DNA of 63,527 bases, filler included, from Choristocarpus tenellus KU-1152 (lineage: Eukaryota; Protista; Phaeophyceae): assembly GCA_964200185.2 (NCBI GenBank). It is 10 parts of 10 records of this genome, joined end to end, with 100 filler letters (N's around TTAATTAATTAA, not from the genome) between each part and the next. Parts side by side here need not be neighbours in the genome. Positions count along the whole stretch, not along the records: positions 24,065 to 30,335 come from CAXNAD020008518.1; positions 30,436 to 35,074 come from CAXNAD020013676.1; positions 35,175 to 40,984 come from CAXNAD020009700.1; 7 more parts are not named here. One strand, written 5' to 3'. Positions 24,219 to 37,075 of this stretch are shown here, piece by piece (within the stretch, counting starts at the first letter, position 1; each line of letters starts with the position of its first letter). Below the pieces are notes generated by a model. It had not been told where the DNA came from. It saw nothing but the letters and a program-made list of their open reading frames with translations, and did not search any database. Position numbers and translations under genes: made by a program.

Positions 24219-27200
24219 CTTCATGAGTTCTCGCTGCAGTGTCTTTAGTCTCCCCATTAGTGAGTTGTTCACAGGGACACAGAGGAAGATTAGAACGACG
24301 CCACTAATGGCTGACACCCCCAGCACCCAAAAAAGCAACAAGACAGATGATAATACCCGGAGAATTGACGACCATAAAAACACTTGGAAAAATATTGCAT
24401 TGAGCACTGCCTCCGCATCCACGGAGATGAGGTTCTGCAATGAAAAAAATAAAATGAAAGAAGTTGAACACAAGAGGTGAGATGACTAATTTCTTTTGGC
24501 AATATAACATTATCTGCGCATGAGACGGAGAACAAAAATTGGGACAAAAATTGGGACAAAAATCTTTTCAGATATGTTCGCTGAAAATGATCCCAATACC
24601 TTTGTACCTGATATCTTCCATTATCGTTCTCATTTTTTCTTCAAAAATTGCTTTAGGGTTAGGGATAGTGCTACGCAACATGGTATCCTGAAGTAGGAAA
24701 GTTGAGTATTCTTCTGTATGGGCCATGTCCTTGGAAGATATCCGCTAGAGCTTCTTTCAGAGGGAGCTGCATGTACTACTAAGGTTTGCACTGAAATATC
24801 ACCATGTTTTCACTTGCGACATCATCAGTCAGGCCCAAACACCTTTGTTTTACTTCTTTGCAAAACAAATTGATAGGAGCTGCTATTTCATAGCCAACCA
24901 CATCGCACAAATCATGTGATTACTGCTCACTTCGACAACTGTCCTCAAACTCAATCCTGGGGACTACAAAAACAGTCCTTTCAATCTCCCCATGCGTCTC
25001 CTGAGACCGCCCGATCAAAACAATGAGAAGGGTTCCATTCTGAAATTTGAGAGTTCTCAAATGGGTAATTCCTCTTTTCACAAAGAAATTTCCTAGGGAA
25101 TGTTAGAACAAAGAATATGGCATGTGTTGACGGCAATGGGAACAACACTGGATGAGTCATATTTAACCCACATTTCATACTCAGTACACACACACAGAAT
25201 GTCCTCTTGCAAGACTTTGCATGCTGTACTATCTAACTCGATTGGCTACTGTAAGGGATGCAACAAGTGGGCTTACTAAAGGAGCAAAGTGCAGAGTAGG
25301 TTTGACAAAGAAGATGCCTGTGCTTCTAAAAAGAACCACAAAAGAGAAAATTTAACAATCCATTTCTCTCTAATCCATGTCGCTAATCTAGAACTCACAA
25401 AGCAAACATTATTGTTAAAGACCCACCCTTACAAATTCAATGGGGGTGATGGGAGAGAGGGGGGCGAAGGAGTCCATAGGAAGGAGGGGGGAGATTAGCT
25501 TTTGCTGGCAGTATTTATTTCCCATTCAGTTTTTTACAAATAAAATAAATTTCATCAAATGAAGTAATTCCTCAAAACAGCAAAAAACCTGTTACTGCCA
25601 AATGAAACAAAAAAGAAGGGGAGGAACACTCTTGATGGAAAAAAATGGTATTTAAGAACTGAGTTCGGAATATGAGATTGCGTTGAATTAGGCCTCAAGG
25701 GCCTTTAAGATAGAGATGCTCCGGAAAAAAAACAGGTTGGCTTAGGGGAAGAATACACATGGCAGCACAGGAGCAGAAGCACATACTTGGGCACATAGGC
25801 ACAATGGAATAGTCCCAAGGTGTTAAATGGTAGGAATATGCTGTGTCAGAAAAAAAAAGTGATTTGAAACTGAAACCTCTGTGTGGTGTGTGCTGGAAAA
25901 AAAAAAACTGGGGGATGCATTGCATCGATTCAAGACTATGTTTTGATGAATAATGGTAAGATTAGTGTGAACCTAACCCTAACCCTGACACATAACAAAA
26001 GGTCAAACATGTCAACAACAAAAAAGAAAACACAAACATTACCAAATTTCTCCAAAGGATTTTTTTTTTTTTTTAAACCAGTAATATCTGAAATTTGCCC
26101 CCCTCACTTTACTCACTATTTTTCATTCCTAGACATTCACTATATCCCTCCTACTTGTGTGCATACTTACCTGGAGCTTCCCAGCATCAACCATGCTCAT
26201 GTCCATTGACATTGCCTTGTGAAACACTGCAGATACCAATGCAGATCTGACTCGGATACCTAGTCTCTTGCCCAGTCTGAGCATCATAACATCTGAAAAG
26301 GACATGATTACCTTATACACAGGGATGTACACAGATGGATAGGGTTAGGGTTAGGGTGAGGGTTGATACACATATAAATACTTCAAAACGTAAAACTCAG
26401 CAAAAGCAATCAGGGTGAATTCAAATGGTTTAGACCATACATAATCACAGTTCTACATACACTTGCAAAAAAGATGAAAACCAAAAACATGTAGTTCCTG
26501 CATGTACTAAGTTGACAAAGGGCAAGGGGAGGGGTGTTTGGTATGTGGACACACACAAGGTAAGGACTTGGTGAGACAGAGACACAGGCAAGAAAAATTA
26601 AGACTAAAATGGAAGGATTCAGGGTGAAGACAAGCATTCCTTCTTGTTTGAGTACAGAAGTGTCATGTCTGCCTAAACAAGACCTATCACCACCCACGCC
26701 TTAGCCTCTACCCTAACCCTAAATTTAGGCAAAGGTCTTATATGTACTGGAAAAATAATAGATGAGTTTTCAATACTCGGTGACATATTGAGAGCATCAA
26801 AAACCCTAATCCTGGTTCTCACCGAGGACATCAACTACAAAAAAAATAAATCTCCCTCACTCTGTGGTAACAAATTGAGACATCACTTATTCCTGGTGCT
26901 ACCTTAACCGTTTCTTAGGGGGTCAACCATTTTCTTGGCCAACAGCCCTAATCCTAACATAACACCATATATACATCCATGGAACATGTATCCAAAATTT
27001 ACCATAGAAAGTTGTATCATGTGCCAGGTTTGCTGGAAGGGAAAAGGTGAATGCAGGCTATCTAACGACCTCAAAAAATGACAATTTCTAATAGGGGGTC
27101 ACCCCTTTCCCAAACCCTTTTACCAAAATCAAAGTGGTAGTTTTCATAATAGCTACCTACTTTTCACAACTATAGCTAATGACCACTGCCATTGTTGCCT

Positions 27201-30200
27201 ACCCATTGGGGCTTACTGGAGCAATGAATTTCTTGTCCAAAACCTGACATGATCATTCTACTGTTCATAATGATAGTTCAATCATTCCTACTAAACAAAT
27301 AGTAACAGCTAAAAAACGTTCCTAGCTCAAATTATTTGATGTCTGGAGCAACAGTCTAACAGGTCCACATATGTTGGATATCTTGGAAATGAGCCTTAAC
27401 CCCAAGGTTTTGAACTTGAGTAAAAAAGGAAAATTGAAGATATTTGTGTATGTCATGTTCTCTTCGCCTGGCTGCTGCTTTGTGTTTGCAGAATCTGATT
27501 CCTGATGTGCTCGTACATGTACATATTCAAGAAAAAGCCATCCACACACTCTGAGATCAATTTGCTTCTAACCTTAACCCTAACCTTAACCCTAACCCTA
27601 TACTACTGTGTGTCATCTACGAGCTAACAGGGAAATCATCAAAGAATGCAAAATTGGATAAGATCATAGTGTCGATATGCACTGCAGCAACAGACACACC
27701 TGTCCATGATATAATCTACAATCAATGCTGCCAAAATTTGCACCGGAGGTTAGCCCTAACTTCATCTTGGGGATTGTAGACAACTGATGTAAGTGATCGA
27801 AGAAAGAGAAACCCCACTGTACTTCAACAGATACCTCAACAGATACCTCAACAGATACTTCAACAGATACTTCAACAGATACCTCAACAGATACCTCAAC
27901 AGATACCTCAACAGATACTTCAACAGATACTTCAACAGATACTTCAACAGATACCTCAACAGATACTTCAACAGATACCTCAACAGATACCTCAACAGAT
28001 ACCTCAACAGATACCAATGTCTATCTACTCCTATCTTTTGTTGCAAAAAATATATATGTGACAAGACTCTGCCAATATTTTGAATCAAATGTTCTTTGAT
28101 AATTGGGGAGAGATTTACTATACCTAACCCTATTTGCCAGAACGTATGCTGTCAGTCGTAACTCTTAACATTCTCCTGCTCACACACTTATCACACATTC
28201 ATCACACACTTATCACACACTTATCACACACCAATGCAACCAAATTCCATCTCAAAAAGAAAAGCAAACATTAACACCTTAGTAGTCATATACAGGTATC
28301 CTACAAGAGGATTCCATCCAACAGGTTCTTGCAAAGACTTTTTCCTTCTCACGTCCTACGCATGTAGGTGTATCTAAGGGTTAGGGTTAGTGCATCTAAA
28401 CACTTTAAAATGTAGTCAGTGCATCAACATCAATTCTGGAGGGGTATACAGTAGGAGCAGTCAACTTGAGACCTTAATGAACTTGACCAATCTTGTAAGA
28501 CATAATATAGCCCAATATATCATTTACCTGTGAGGCACACAGCCCAACGATGGACATGAAGACAAGGACATGCACCCCTTCGTCATAGCTCAAAGGGTCG
28601 TATTTTTCTATGTATCTCATTATGTAGTTGAGGATTGCACAAGGTAGGAGAGACATAACCACACTGATCAATATAAGGACTCCCTGCGCTCGAAATTAGC
28701 AATGGAATCATCAATCAACATGTACAGGGAGGCAGGAGGGGGAGATTTGGGATTATAATCTTTGCATCTTTACAGTAGGTAAAGCATTGAACAAAGGAGT
28801 ATCAAAAACCATGCAGTAAATCTGCACTCTCTGTGAAGGTTTTATGTCGTGGCAGCAGTATTTTATTATATTTTACTATCCGAGTAAAGCATGATATCAA
28901 GATGCACAGTGGACCCAAAAGTAGGTAGTCCATTTGAAGTACTTGAAAAGGATACCAAGGTCAGGGTGAAACCTGCTCAAAATTGTACCATAATAGAACA
29001 GTATCGCAAGGATATGCAAATTAATCATTCAGATGCCAATATCAACTATCTGTGAAGACCAGCAATATAAAACAGAGATTCGTCTTAGGGTTAGGGTTAG
29101 CAGTACAGTAGTATGACTAAGAATCAAATTATTGACAGTATGTATGAGACCTATTGTACCATTCAGGGTAAATTAATCGAGTTATACTGCTCCACTCTCC
29201 TCCAATTTCTTCCAGGATTTTAGGACTAGTCAAAACATAAAGCATTTTCATACAAACCAAGAAAAAAGTTGCAAAGTATTGAACAAAAATTGAGAAAAAG
29301 CCAAGGAAACATAGAAATATAATCAAGAGTATCTGCACCATTGTATTGTTGGGAACACAGAGCAAACAACAGCACCATATAGGACTGCATTCATATAAAA
29401 ACAAACTTTTCCAAACATTTTACAAAAGACTCTTGGAAAAATATAAATCATGTTTGATGCTTTTGCAGCAGCTGTAATGCCCGCTTGAAGCAATGTGTTA
29501 ATAGATGAAAAACATTCACGACATATATATTAGTATAATAAGATGACATTCTACAATATTTATTATTTACATTGATACCAATATGGGAGGGTACTGCAGG
29601 GACCGCATAACAGTCCAGATTGGATGATACATTGAAAAAAGGTGGTACATTTTACCGTCACCTAAGAGAAGAGGTACATGCAGCCAGCAGGAGTGCACTT
29701 AGTTGTGGGCATTGTGCCATTGGCGATAAAATGTATGTAGATAGTACCACCTAACTGGAATGATACATGTCATAGATGTTGATATAAATAGAACTGTTCT
29801 TACTATCTTCAATAATATGCAAGTAAAATTCTGTTATGTTACCTCTGCAGCATCAGTCAACACACAAGCAACACTACACATCACTAGGAAAAGTCTATTC
29901 ATCCCACCAAGCCAAACACATAGGAAGCATTCATTATCGCTTCAACATTAGGGTTAGGGTTACTAACATCAGGTTTAGGGTTGATAATATTAGGGTCAGG
30001 GTTGACAACGTTAGGGCTTTGATAACAGCAGTGCTGATCATCTACAAGAATCTCAGGCATTTTGATGACAACCCTCTTCCCCTATAAGACACATGCGCAT
30101 TCCAGTGTCTCATCTCTTATGACTAGGGAGGTCATCACCCACCTGAAGCAGCAGGCGCTTCCCACTAAGTTTGACAATGTTGATACTCAAATTCAGATTT

Positions 30201-30295
30201 TCTCCCTCCTCAGAAATGTATGATATCCCCTTGGGATAGAGAAGAGTGCTAAAGCTGCTCCAGATGCTGGCAGCACGGTCAGCGTCCACAAGTTC
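24219..30295 (-). CDS. ABCC/MRP-type ABC transporter, internal fragment (L0 linker and first transmembrane domain); exons 30143-30295, 28528-28683, 27700-27715 (micro-exon), 26171-26292, 24219-24434
   Basis: ELVDADRAASIWSSF...|GVLILISVVMSLLPCAILNYIMRYIE...|...LGKRLGIRVRSALVSAVFHKAMSMD...AGKLQ|NLISVDAEAV...LLLFWVLGVSAISGV...QRELMK: typical ABCC TMD1 motifs (G.R.R.AL...VF.K, G...NL.SVD). Confidence 0.88.
27820..28015. repeat. 12-bp minisatellite (TAC[C/T]TCAACAGA), about 16 copies, intronic
   Basis: Near-perfect tandem array with two single-base variants. Confidence 0.95.
29948..30016. repeat. 21-bp telomere-derived minisatellite, about 3 copies
   Basis: TTAGGGTTAGGGTTACTAACA / TCAGGTTTAGGGTTGATAATA / TTAGGGTCAGGGTTGACAACG / TTAGGG. 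Confidence 0.65.
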
Positions 30296-30335
30296 CTACA
30301 TCACATGAATTTGAACATTGTGTATGTCGGGGGGG

Positions 30336-30435
30336 NNNNNNNNNNNNNNNNNNNNNNNNNNNNNNNNNNNNNNNNNNNNTTAATTAATTAANNNNNNNNN
30401 NNNNNNNNNNNNNNNNNNNNNNNNNNNNNNNNNNN
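30336..30435. other. Artificial contig linker
   Basis: N44-TTAATTAATTAA-N44. Confidence 0.98.
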
Positions 30436-33400
30436 GGTGGGGTGTCACATGGAGGGGGCGGGGCTATTGGGGGTGGAAGAAGCGTTTCTGCTGTTCCTGC
30501 TGGGGGGAACTTGAGCAATGCGTTACCAACAGGGTGTTATTGGCGTCAGCCATAGCTCTGGAGTGCTTGAGTGGGGAGGAATCGAAGTTTGCAGGTTTGT
30601 TTCTACTGATGGTTACTGTGTGAGGCCATACAACATACATATGGGGTTGGGTTATAGTGTTAGGGTTTGTTTTTTTCACTGCTGGAGGTGTCTGGTGAGG
30701 GTAGAGGGTATCTGTTGTATCGTAGTATGTTAGTTGCTTGGCGAGGAAATCGCACGTGTTGCTACATGCGTGGAAATGCCATCCTTGGCTCGAGTGCCTA
30801 GGGCGGGTGAATACACTGCTACTGCTACTGTAGACTTTTCTCTTTTTTCCTTATTTTTTATTTAGGGTTATGAAAGGGAAGGGGTTGGAGTGGTGATATT
30901 GATGTTCAGAAGTGCTTGATCGGGGGAGGTATTTAACTTCTTTTTTTTTAGTGGAGATAACTTTTTTTTTCAGTTTTGCTTCCTCTGCTGAGCATTGGTA
31001 TAAACAGTTAATGGGAAGGCTATGAATGCACAAGATGGCATCATATTTGTAATTCTCTTTTTTGGTCTTGCAATAACCCTCTATGATGTTGCCCTGAGAT
31101 CCCAATGAAATCTGGCTTGTCCTATTAATATCTGATCTACACACCGCCTGTGGTGAAGCCACCAGAAAATCCTTCCCATTGTTATATAAGACCGCCAGCA
31201 AATTGTATGATGTGTTTATTTTTCTATTTTTCTGTTAGTGGATGTGATGCCTGCTGTTTGGCAGATGCTGACTCCGCTTGCTGGTCAGACAACATGTTTG
31301 TAATAGTATAGAATGAAGAATAGAAACAGTGTGTTGGAAGGCGGTTTTATCCTGAGGTCAACAAACAGGGTATGGTGGTGTTTCAGTGTGGGGTTATTTT
31401 GGGGTGGGCTGACGATTGGATGGAAAAATTGTTTGTTGCCCAACAGTATGATTAAAAATATTCCAATTGTTTTAGTTTTTTATTTCTAACATGTAAGGAA
31501 GTGATAGTTGGGAGAGAGGTGTGAGCTCAAGATGATTAGCGGTCTATCTCTCACATGGGCATACCCTGCCATCAATTAATTTTGTTGTGATTTGAACCAA
31601 AAAAAGGTGACCTCCACGATATGATTGGGTAGCATTCCTGCACTTAAAAAAAAAGTATTCCAATAGTTTTGATGTTTTGTCCATTGTTCATTGATTGTGC
31701 TGTCCTCTCCACGTGGCATGCAGGTACCAACTACTGTGGAAGTTTGGAGGGCGGGGATCGTTCATGTATTATTTTCACAAGCTTGTTTTGTTCACATGGG
31801 GCAACCAAACCAGACTGCAGGAGAGTGCAGGGAGGTCCTCAGGCGTTGGCTTCATCGACCTTTTTTTTCTAAACCTTTAACCCTTTCCTATCTAGACTTA
31901 GGGTTAGGGTTAGTCTGTGCTCATTTATCCTCCTTGGTTTTCTCAAAATGGAGTATGCATGTTTCAAAGGGCAAGGTCCCACCCAAATCAGGTGAAAGAC
32001 TCAAAAGGAAAGATGTTCTGTGGTGTTTTGTGATGCGAACCTTGCGTGTGGTGAGTGATGGATCTAGGTGTTTTCTTTTTTATTATGTTTGTACTCTTTT
32101 TCTTGCTTGGTTACTGTGAAAAAAAACAGGGGTTTGAAAGAAATGTGCAAGAGAATTTTCCGTCAAGTGCTTGAAAGTTTTGAGCGGAGTAGCTTTTTTT
32201 TAGTTCTTTTTCTGGCGCAAGAAAAAAAATCAAACATGTTTTTTTGGGATGAATTTATAAACCTTCGTAGTGGCAACCAGACACTGTATGCTGGACATAC
32301 ATTATACTATCCTGTCAGTGTTTTCTCTTACACAATGATACCCTCTACTGTCCTTAGCTGACCAAGAAGAGAGCAAAATTTCCCCCTGTGGGGCAGAAGG
32401 GGGGAGGGAGGGGAGGGGGGTGGAATTTTGAGGAATGAATGGGTAATCAGAGGAAGGCTGCAGTTTTGGTAGTGAGTTTGGCAGTGGCAGTGTTGGCTGT
32501 TTGGTGGTATTGCCAACTTGATTTTTTTCTGTTTTTACATTATGATCCCTGCCACAGGCCTCTAATAATGCCTGCCTGTTTGTAGAGGAACGTATGTGAG
32601 AATACGATGCCAAAACGTTACTCAAGATTTTTTAATTCTTTGGGGGGGGGGGGGGGGGGGGGGGACCCCCCAGGTTCAATGGAGTAAGGAGGAGCGGCGG
32701 GTGGGGNNNNNNNNNNGGGTAAGAGGGGGGGGGGGGGGGGGGGGAGGGGGGCAAGGGAACAGCTTTCGCTGCACAGATCCTTGTTGGCTTGGGAATGAAG
32801 AGGGTCTTCTCCTTATGTTGCAGCATGTTGGCATCCTATTTGAGGCAAGGTAGACAGGGTGGAGTGAGTTAGGGAGGCTGGTTTTGTTGGAGGTAGCTGC
32901 CAGGTGAGAATGGGCTGCAAGGGAGGGGCATGTATGTACATAGATGAGTTAACAAGATGGTGATCAGAAGGTGGACCTACCATCAAATTAATCAATCCAG
33001 TGCAAAATATATCAGCTGCTACACATGAAATTTGGCTAGTTTTTTTTGTTGTGGCTGGCGATAATAATAATAATAACACCTGAGTGTACTAAAAAATGAG
33101 GAAGTAGGCCTTAGCAAGGACTGAGAGAAATACTAGCTAGTCATGGTCAGAGAGAAGTAGACAGAGCACAAAGAGGAGACAACGATGATGACGTAGGGTT
33201 TTTTTTTATTAGTCTCCTAGCCTTTTTTATTTTTATTGTTGCCACGAAGAGAAATATTAATTTATTTTGGCATAATCGAGGTAATAATAATATAGGAATA
33301 ATAATAATATCTAAGGCTACACAGGTGTCTTCGGAATATGTCTTTTTTATGCCAATGGGGCATGTTATGCGTATGACTATTGACTCATGCTGTATATATT

Positions 33401-33546
33401 TTGTGCAATGACCCGTTATTGGTTGCATTTCTGTCTCAATTGCCATTCATTGGAAATTTGTCCTGTTTTTCACTACCTTTTTGTAGATCTTCGATCACAG
33501 ATCCAAGCATGATGTACTGCACAGTGCATTGCCTCCTCTTTTCAGG

Positions 33547-34139
33547 ACGACGTCGGAAAAATGTTTCCAGCATTATTGCACCCAGGAGCATGCACCATTG
33601 GTCGAAATTTTCACATGGATGCACTATGGCATCCTGGGGCACTGCCATACACATGAACTGGAAAAGGGTATGGTATTGGATGGGGTCTTTGGTAGATGAC
33701 CAAGCGGACTGCCTCTTACAACAAAATTCCCTTTGAACATGAGAGTGATGTTGCTGAAGTTGATGAGGGATCATCTACAGTGTTGTGAGACGCCAGCAGT
33801 ACCTGACTAAGAGATTGCAGCATTTGGAGGCGAACCTTGAAAGAAAGAGGGAGAAAAATTTCCAGCCAGAACTCAAAAGAGGGGAGCTCGAGGTTGGTAA
33901 TATCTCGAAGAAGGTAGGGACTTTCGACCCCAAAGCTTATTTTACCAACAATAGAGATCAAGCAAGCAGAGGTCGCCAATACTTTGCACACAGGAGCTGG
34001 AGTTGTGAAAAAGAAAGGTGAAGGAGGTGTAACTCAATTTGGTAGTTACCAGAAACCTCGCCAAAAGAGGGATGTTCTCGTAGAAGGTCAAGAGAGGACC
34101 AAAGAGAGGAAGAACGCTTTCCTTGATATGAGCAAGATG
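33547..34139 (+). pseudogene. Degraded coding-like segment of unknown origin
   Basis: Purine-rich protein-like stretches in alternating frames (EHESDVAEVDEGSS; RRQQYLTKRLQHLEANLERKRE; IKQAEVANTLHTGAGVVKKKGEGG) broken by stops and frameshifts. Confidence 0.3.
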
Positions 34140-35074
34140 TGTATGAATGTGTGTGTTTAAGCAAACCCAATGTTGTACTTCATAATTCGACAAGAAGAGA
34201 CCAAAATTGTCTATGTGTCCCATCACCCTTGTACACTTGGTTCGGACTCTTTCCCCTATTTTGAACATTATTATATCCCCGATGATAAATGAGATGCATG
34301 CCAAGAACAAGATGAGTACTGAGGATTTTGAGGGCACTCAGATGGGACACGGAGCTGGTAGGATTGGGGAACGATAGTTGTAGGGAGAGTGAAGTGCAAT
34401 GGACACAGTTTTTTTATCACTCAAGCCTGAAGGAGAATATGGTGAGGCAGAAGCAAGGCTTACATCCAGGCTAGTTTAGCTCTGAATCCGGCTGGGCCCT
34501 TGATTGGGGCTACACGGGCAGGATCGCTTGACACCCCCATAGATGAAATAGAATATAACTTTCTCACAAGGTCATGAAGGGCTTTAGTCTCAGGAGAAGC
34601 CAAAGGCAATTCGTACCTCCCCATTCATTGTGGTTGTTGGAGAATCCGTCCCAAACCTGGACAAAAAATATTTCCTTTTTTTTGTTTTGTTTTTGTATAC
34701 TTGCACAGTGGCAATGGTATGGACTTTTCAAGGTTTAGACAAAACTGCAAATACACAGGTATCAAGCACTCTTCGTGGAGACTGTAATGGGTGACCCGGG
34801 CTATCCACTAGGTCAGGTCCTTTGTTGCCTAGGTCATAATGCAGCATCAGTATCCAGTGAAAAGAACGGGGTAGTAGAACTGCTGATGGGAAATTAGGCG
34901 AATCTTGACTCTTGTTGAATGGTAGATGGAGGTGATGAGGTAGATCTGGGTGCATGGTAGGTATTATTGTGTGTCCTTTACTACCTTTGTGGGCACAGAA
35001 ATATATTGCATTTATCCGTGAACCGACCAAAAATAACAGCCGATCATCAAAATTGAGGATGGAGCATACTATGG

Positions 35075-35174
35075 NNNNNNNNNNNNNNNNNNNNNNNNNN
35101 NNNNNNNNNNNNNNNNNNTTAATTAATTAANNNNNNNNNNNNNNNNNNNNNNNNNNNNNNNNNNNNNNNNNNNN
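35075..35174. other. Artificial contig linker
   Basis: N44-TTAATTAATTAA-N44. Confidence 0.98.
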
Positions 35175-35239
35175 CCGGTGATTCTCTTCGCCACCCTTGC
35201 CTGAGTGAACCACGCCGCCACAGAATCACACGATTCACA
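35175..35239. mobile_element. Terminus of a young multicopy element, probably an LTR end (...CA)
   Basis: 65 bp identical to 60786-60850; both sit at contig starts and diverge right after ...GATTCACA. Confidence 0.65.
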
Positions 35240-35586
35240 CTGTTGTTGATACAATTACTATTACTGTTATTATTATCGTGATTATTCCTATTCCTATTAC
35301 TATTTCTATTATTATTCCCATCACTACTTTTATTACTCCCTCCGTTCGGAATTAAATCCAATATAACTTTTGCAACCCCAACGAAGAAGCAAGGTTTCTT
35401 TGCATATGTTCATATTTTATGTGTGTATTGTGCACACACTGAACAGGTTGCCCACCAAAATCTGAAGCAAAATGGGGCAGCCTTCACATATTTATGATTC
35501 TGTCCCATAACCCTCAAAACTCCGTTCCAGCATGATATTTTGCCACATCCACTGGGGCATTAGGGGGAGCTTGCCCGCCTTCTCAG

Positions 35587-36062
35587 TCATTTCCTGCTAA
35601 GATGGGGAATTTTGAAGATGTTGCCATCCTTCGACCCCAGCACTTCAGCGTTGACTGCAAAGAGGCTCTCCTAGACATGGTCTAGTGTCTCCTAGAGGTA
35701 AACATCGAGCGCCTCCATTATTGTGGCCTCCGCCATCTTCTCTGTGTTGGTCACTCCCATATCTTCCTTCCGTTGCGGGATGGAATGAAATAATCCCAGG
35801 TCGTTGGCATTGAGGTCAGGTGAGTTGACTGGCTCTGCCTCTATGACAATGTCGTCCCCTGTCGCCTCCCCGATTGCCTCAATGACCCCCCCCTTGGTAT
35901 GTGGCTTTGCCCTGTTCTGTTGCAAGAATATGGTGCGTCCTTCCAGCCTAGGCATGCGGGCCTTGATTGACGAGATGACATATTTGATCATGGGCTTCTT
36001 ATACTTCTCCCCATCCTCCGTGGCTGGCACAAGCACCTTGGTGCCCTTGGGGTGGTGTTTGC
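35587..36062 (-). mobile_element. Tc1/mariner (plant/stramenopile DD39D-like) transposase remnant, C-terminal catalytic region
   Basis: IKARMP...TIFLQQNRAKPH...EPVNSPDLNANDLGLFHSI...GNIFKIPH, degenerate versions of QQDNAxPH and QPxNSPDLNxxDLGFF; in-frame stops. Confidence 0.85.
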
Positions 36063-37075
36063 TTCATTCGCCCATATTACAGAACTTCATGTACTCCAGC
36101 CTTGAATATTCGACTCGTAAGCTTAAGTATGATACCTAATGTCCTGTAATTTAGTACTTGACTGTATTAACGAAAACTACTCCAAGATTTCTGAATCCTC
36201 TGGTTGATCTTCGCAGTGATAGTGGCATCTTCACTACTGATGGTTCCTGTCACTGGTGGTAATTGATGGGGAACTTCAATAGCAAAATGAGGGTTGAGTA
36301 GATCAACTAATTTCGTAATTTAGGATATATCATACATCAAGTTTAGGATATATATATATATACACTTTTTTGAATGTCGTCGTAGAAACAAAGGAATGAT
36401 ACCTGACCGTATTTAAAATATATTATTGACAGGTAGTTTCAAACTTGTTTTCTTGTCGTATTCAAATATTGTTGACAAATATTTTGAAGGCCTTCATTGC
36501 AGGCAATACAGAATCTGTTGTGTTTGTTGTGTTTGTTGTGTTTGTTGTGTTTTCTGGGTTGGATGATACATCTTATATAATGTAACAGCACATCTTTGTA
36601 CATTGCATCTTCCAAATATTAATATTAATTGTAATAGTTTGGAGTGAGATGAAAAAGGCGTTTTGATACCTTTCCTTACTCTTCACTCTTCAATTATGGT
36701 TGGTCTGTCCACAAAAAAAACGTGCGTATGTTCATCCACAACAGCAACCACACAGGCACACCACCACGGCACTATTTTTTTCTGCATCCAAAAGTTAATA
36801 GTAGGTGTCTACCAAAATGGTGTACAGTGTCATACATTATACAAATGCAGTGAATTTAGTATATTGAAATGTGAGTGATTTCCCTAACCCTACGACAACT
36901 TTGAAATCGAGAGGAGGTTGGGGGTTAGAGGGTTCCATTGTAAAACAAGCTAACCTGTGGCATCTCGTGACAAGCCATCTGTGGGCACTGGTTGTCTCTA
37001 GTCCATCAAGATAACAACGTCCATCTTTTGAACTGGTTAGTGCAGGCTGGCCAAAATTTGTTTACCAGGCAAGCA

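Noticed and set aside
27664-28088. (VSVE)n / (LLRY)n / (NRYL)n repeat proteins
   Set aside because: Products of an intronic 12-bp minisatellite inside the ABCC gene.
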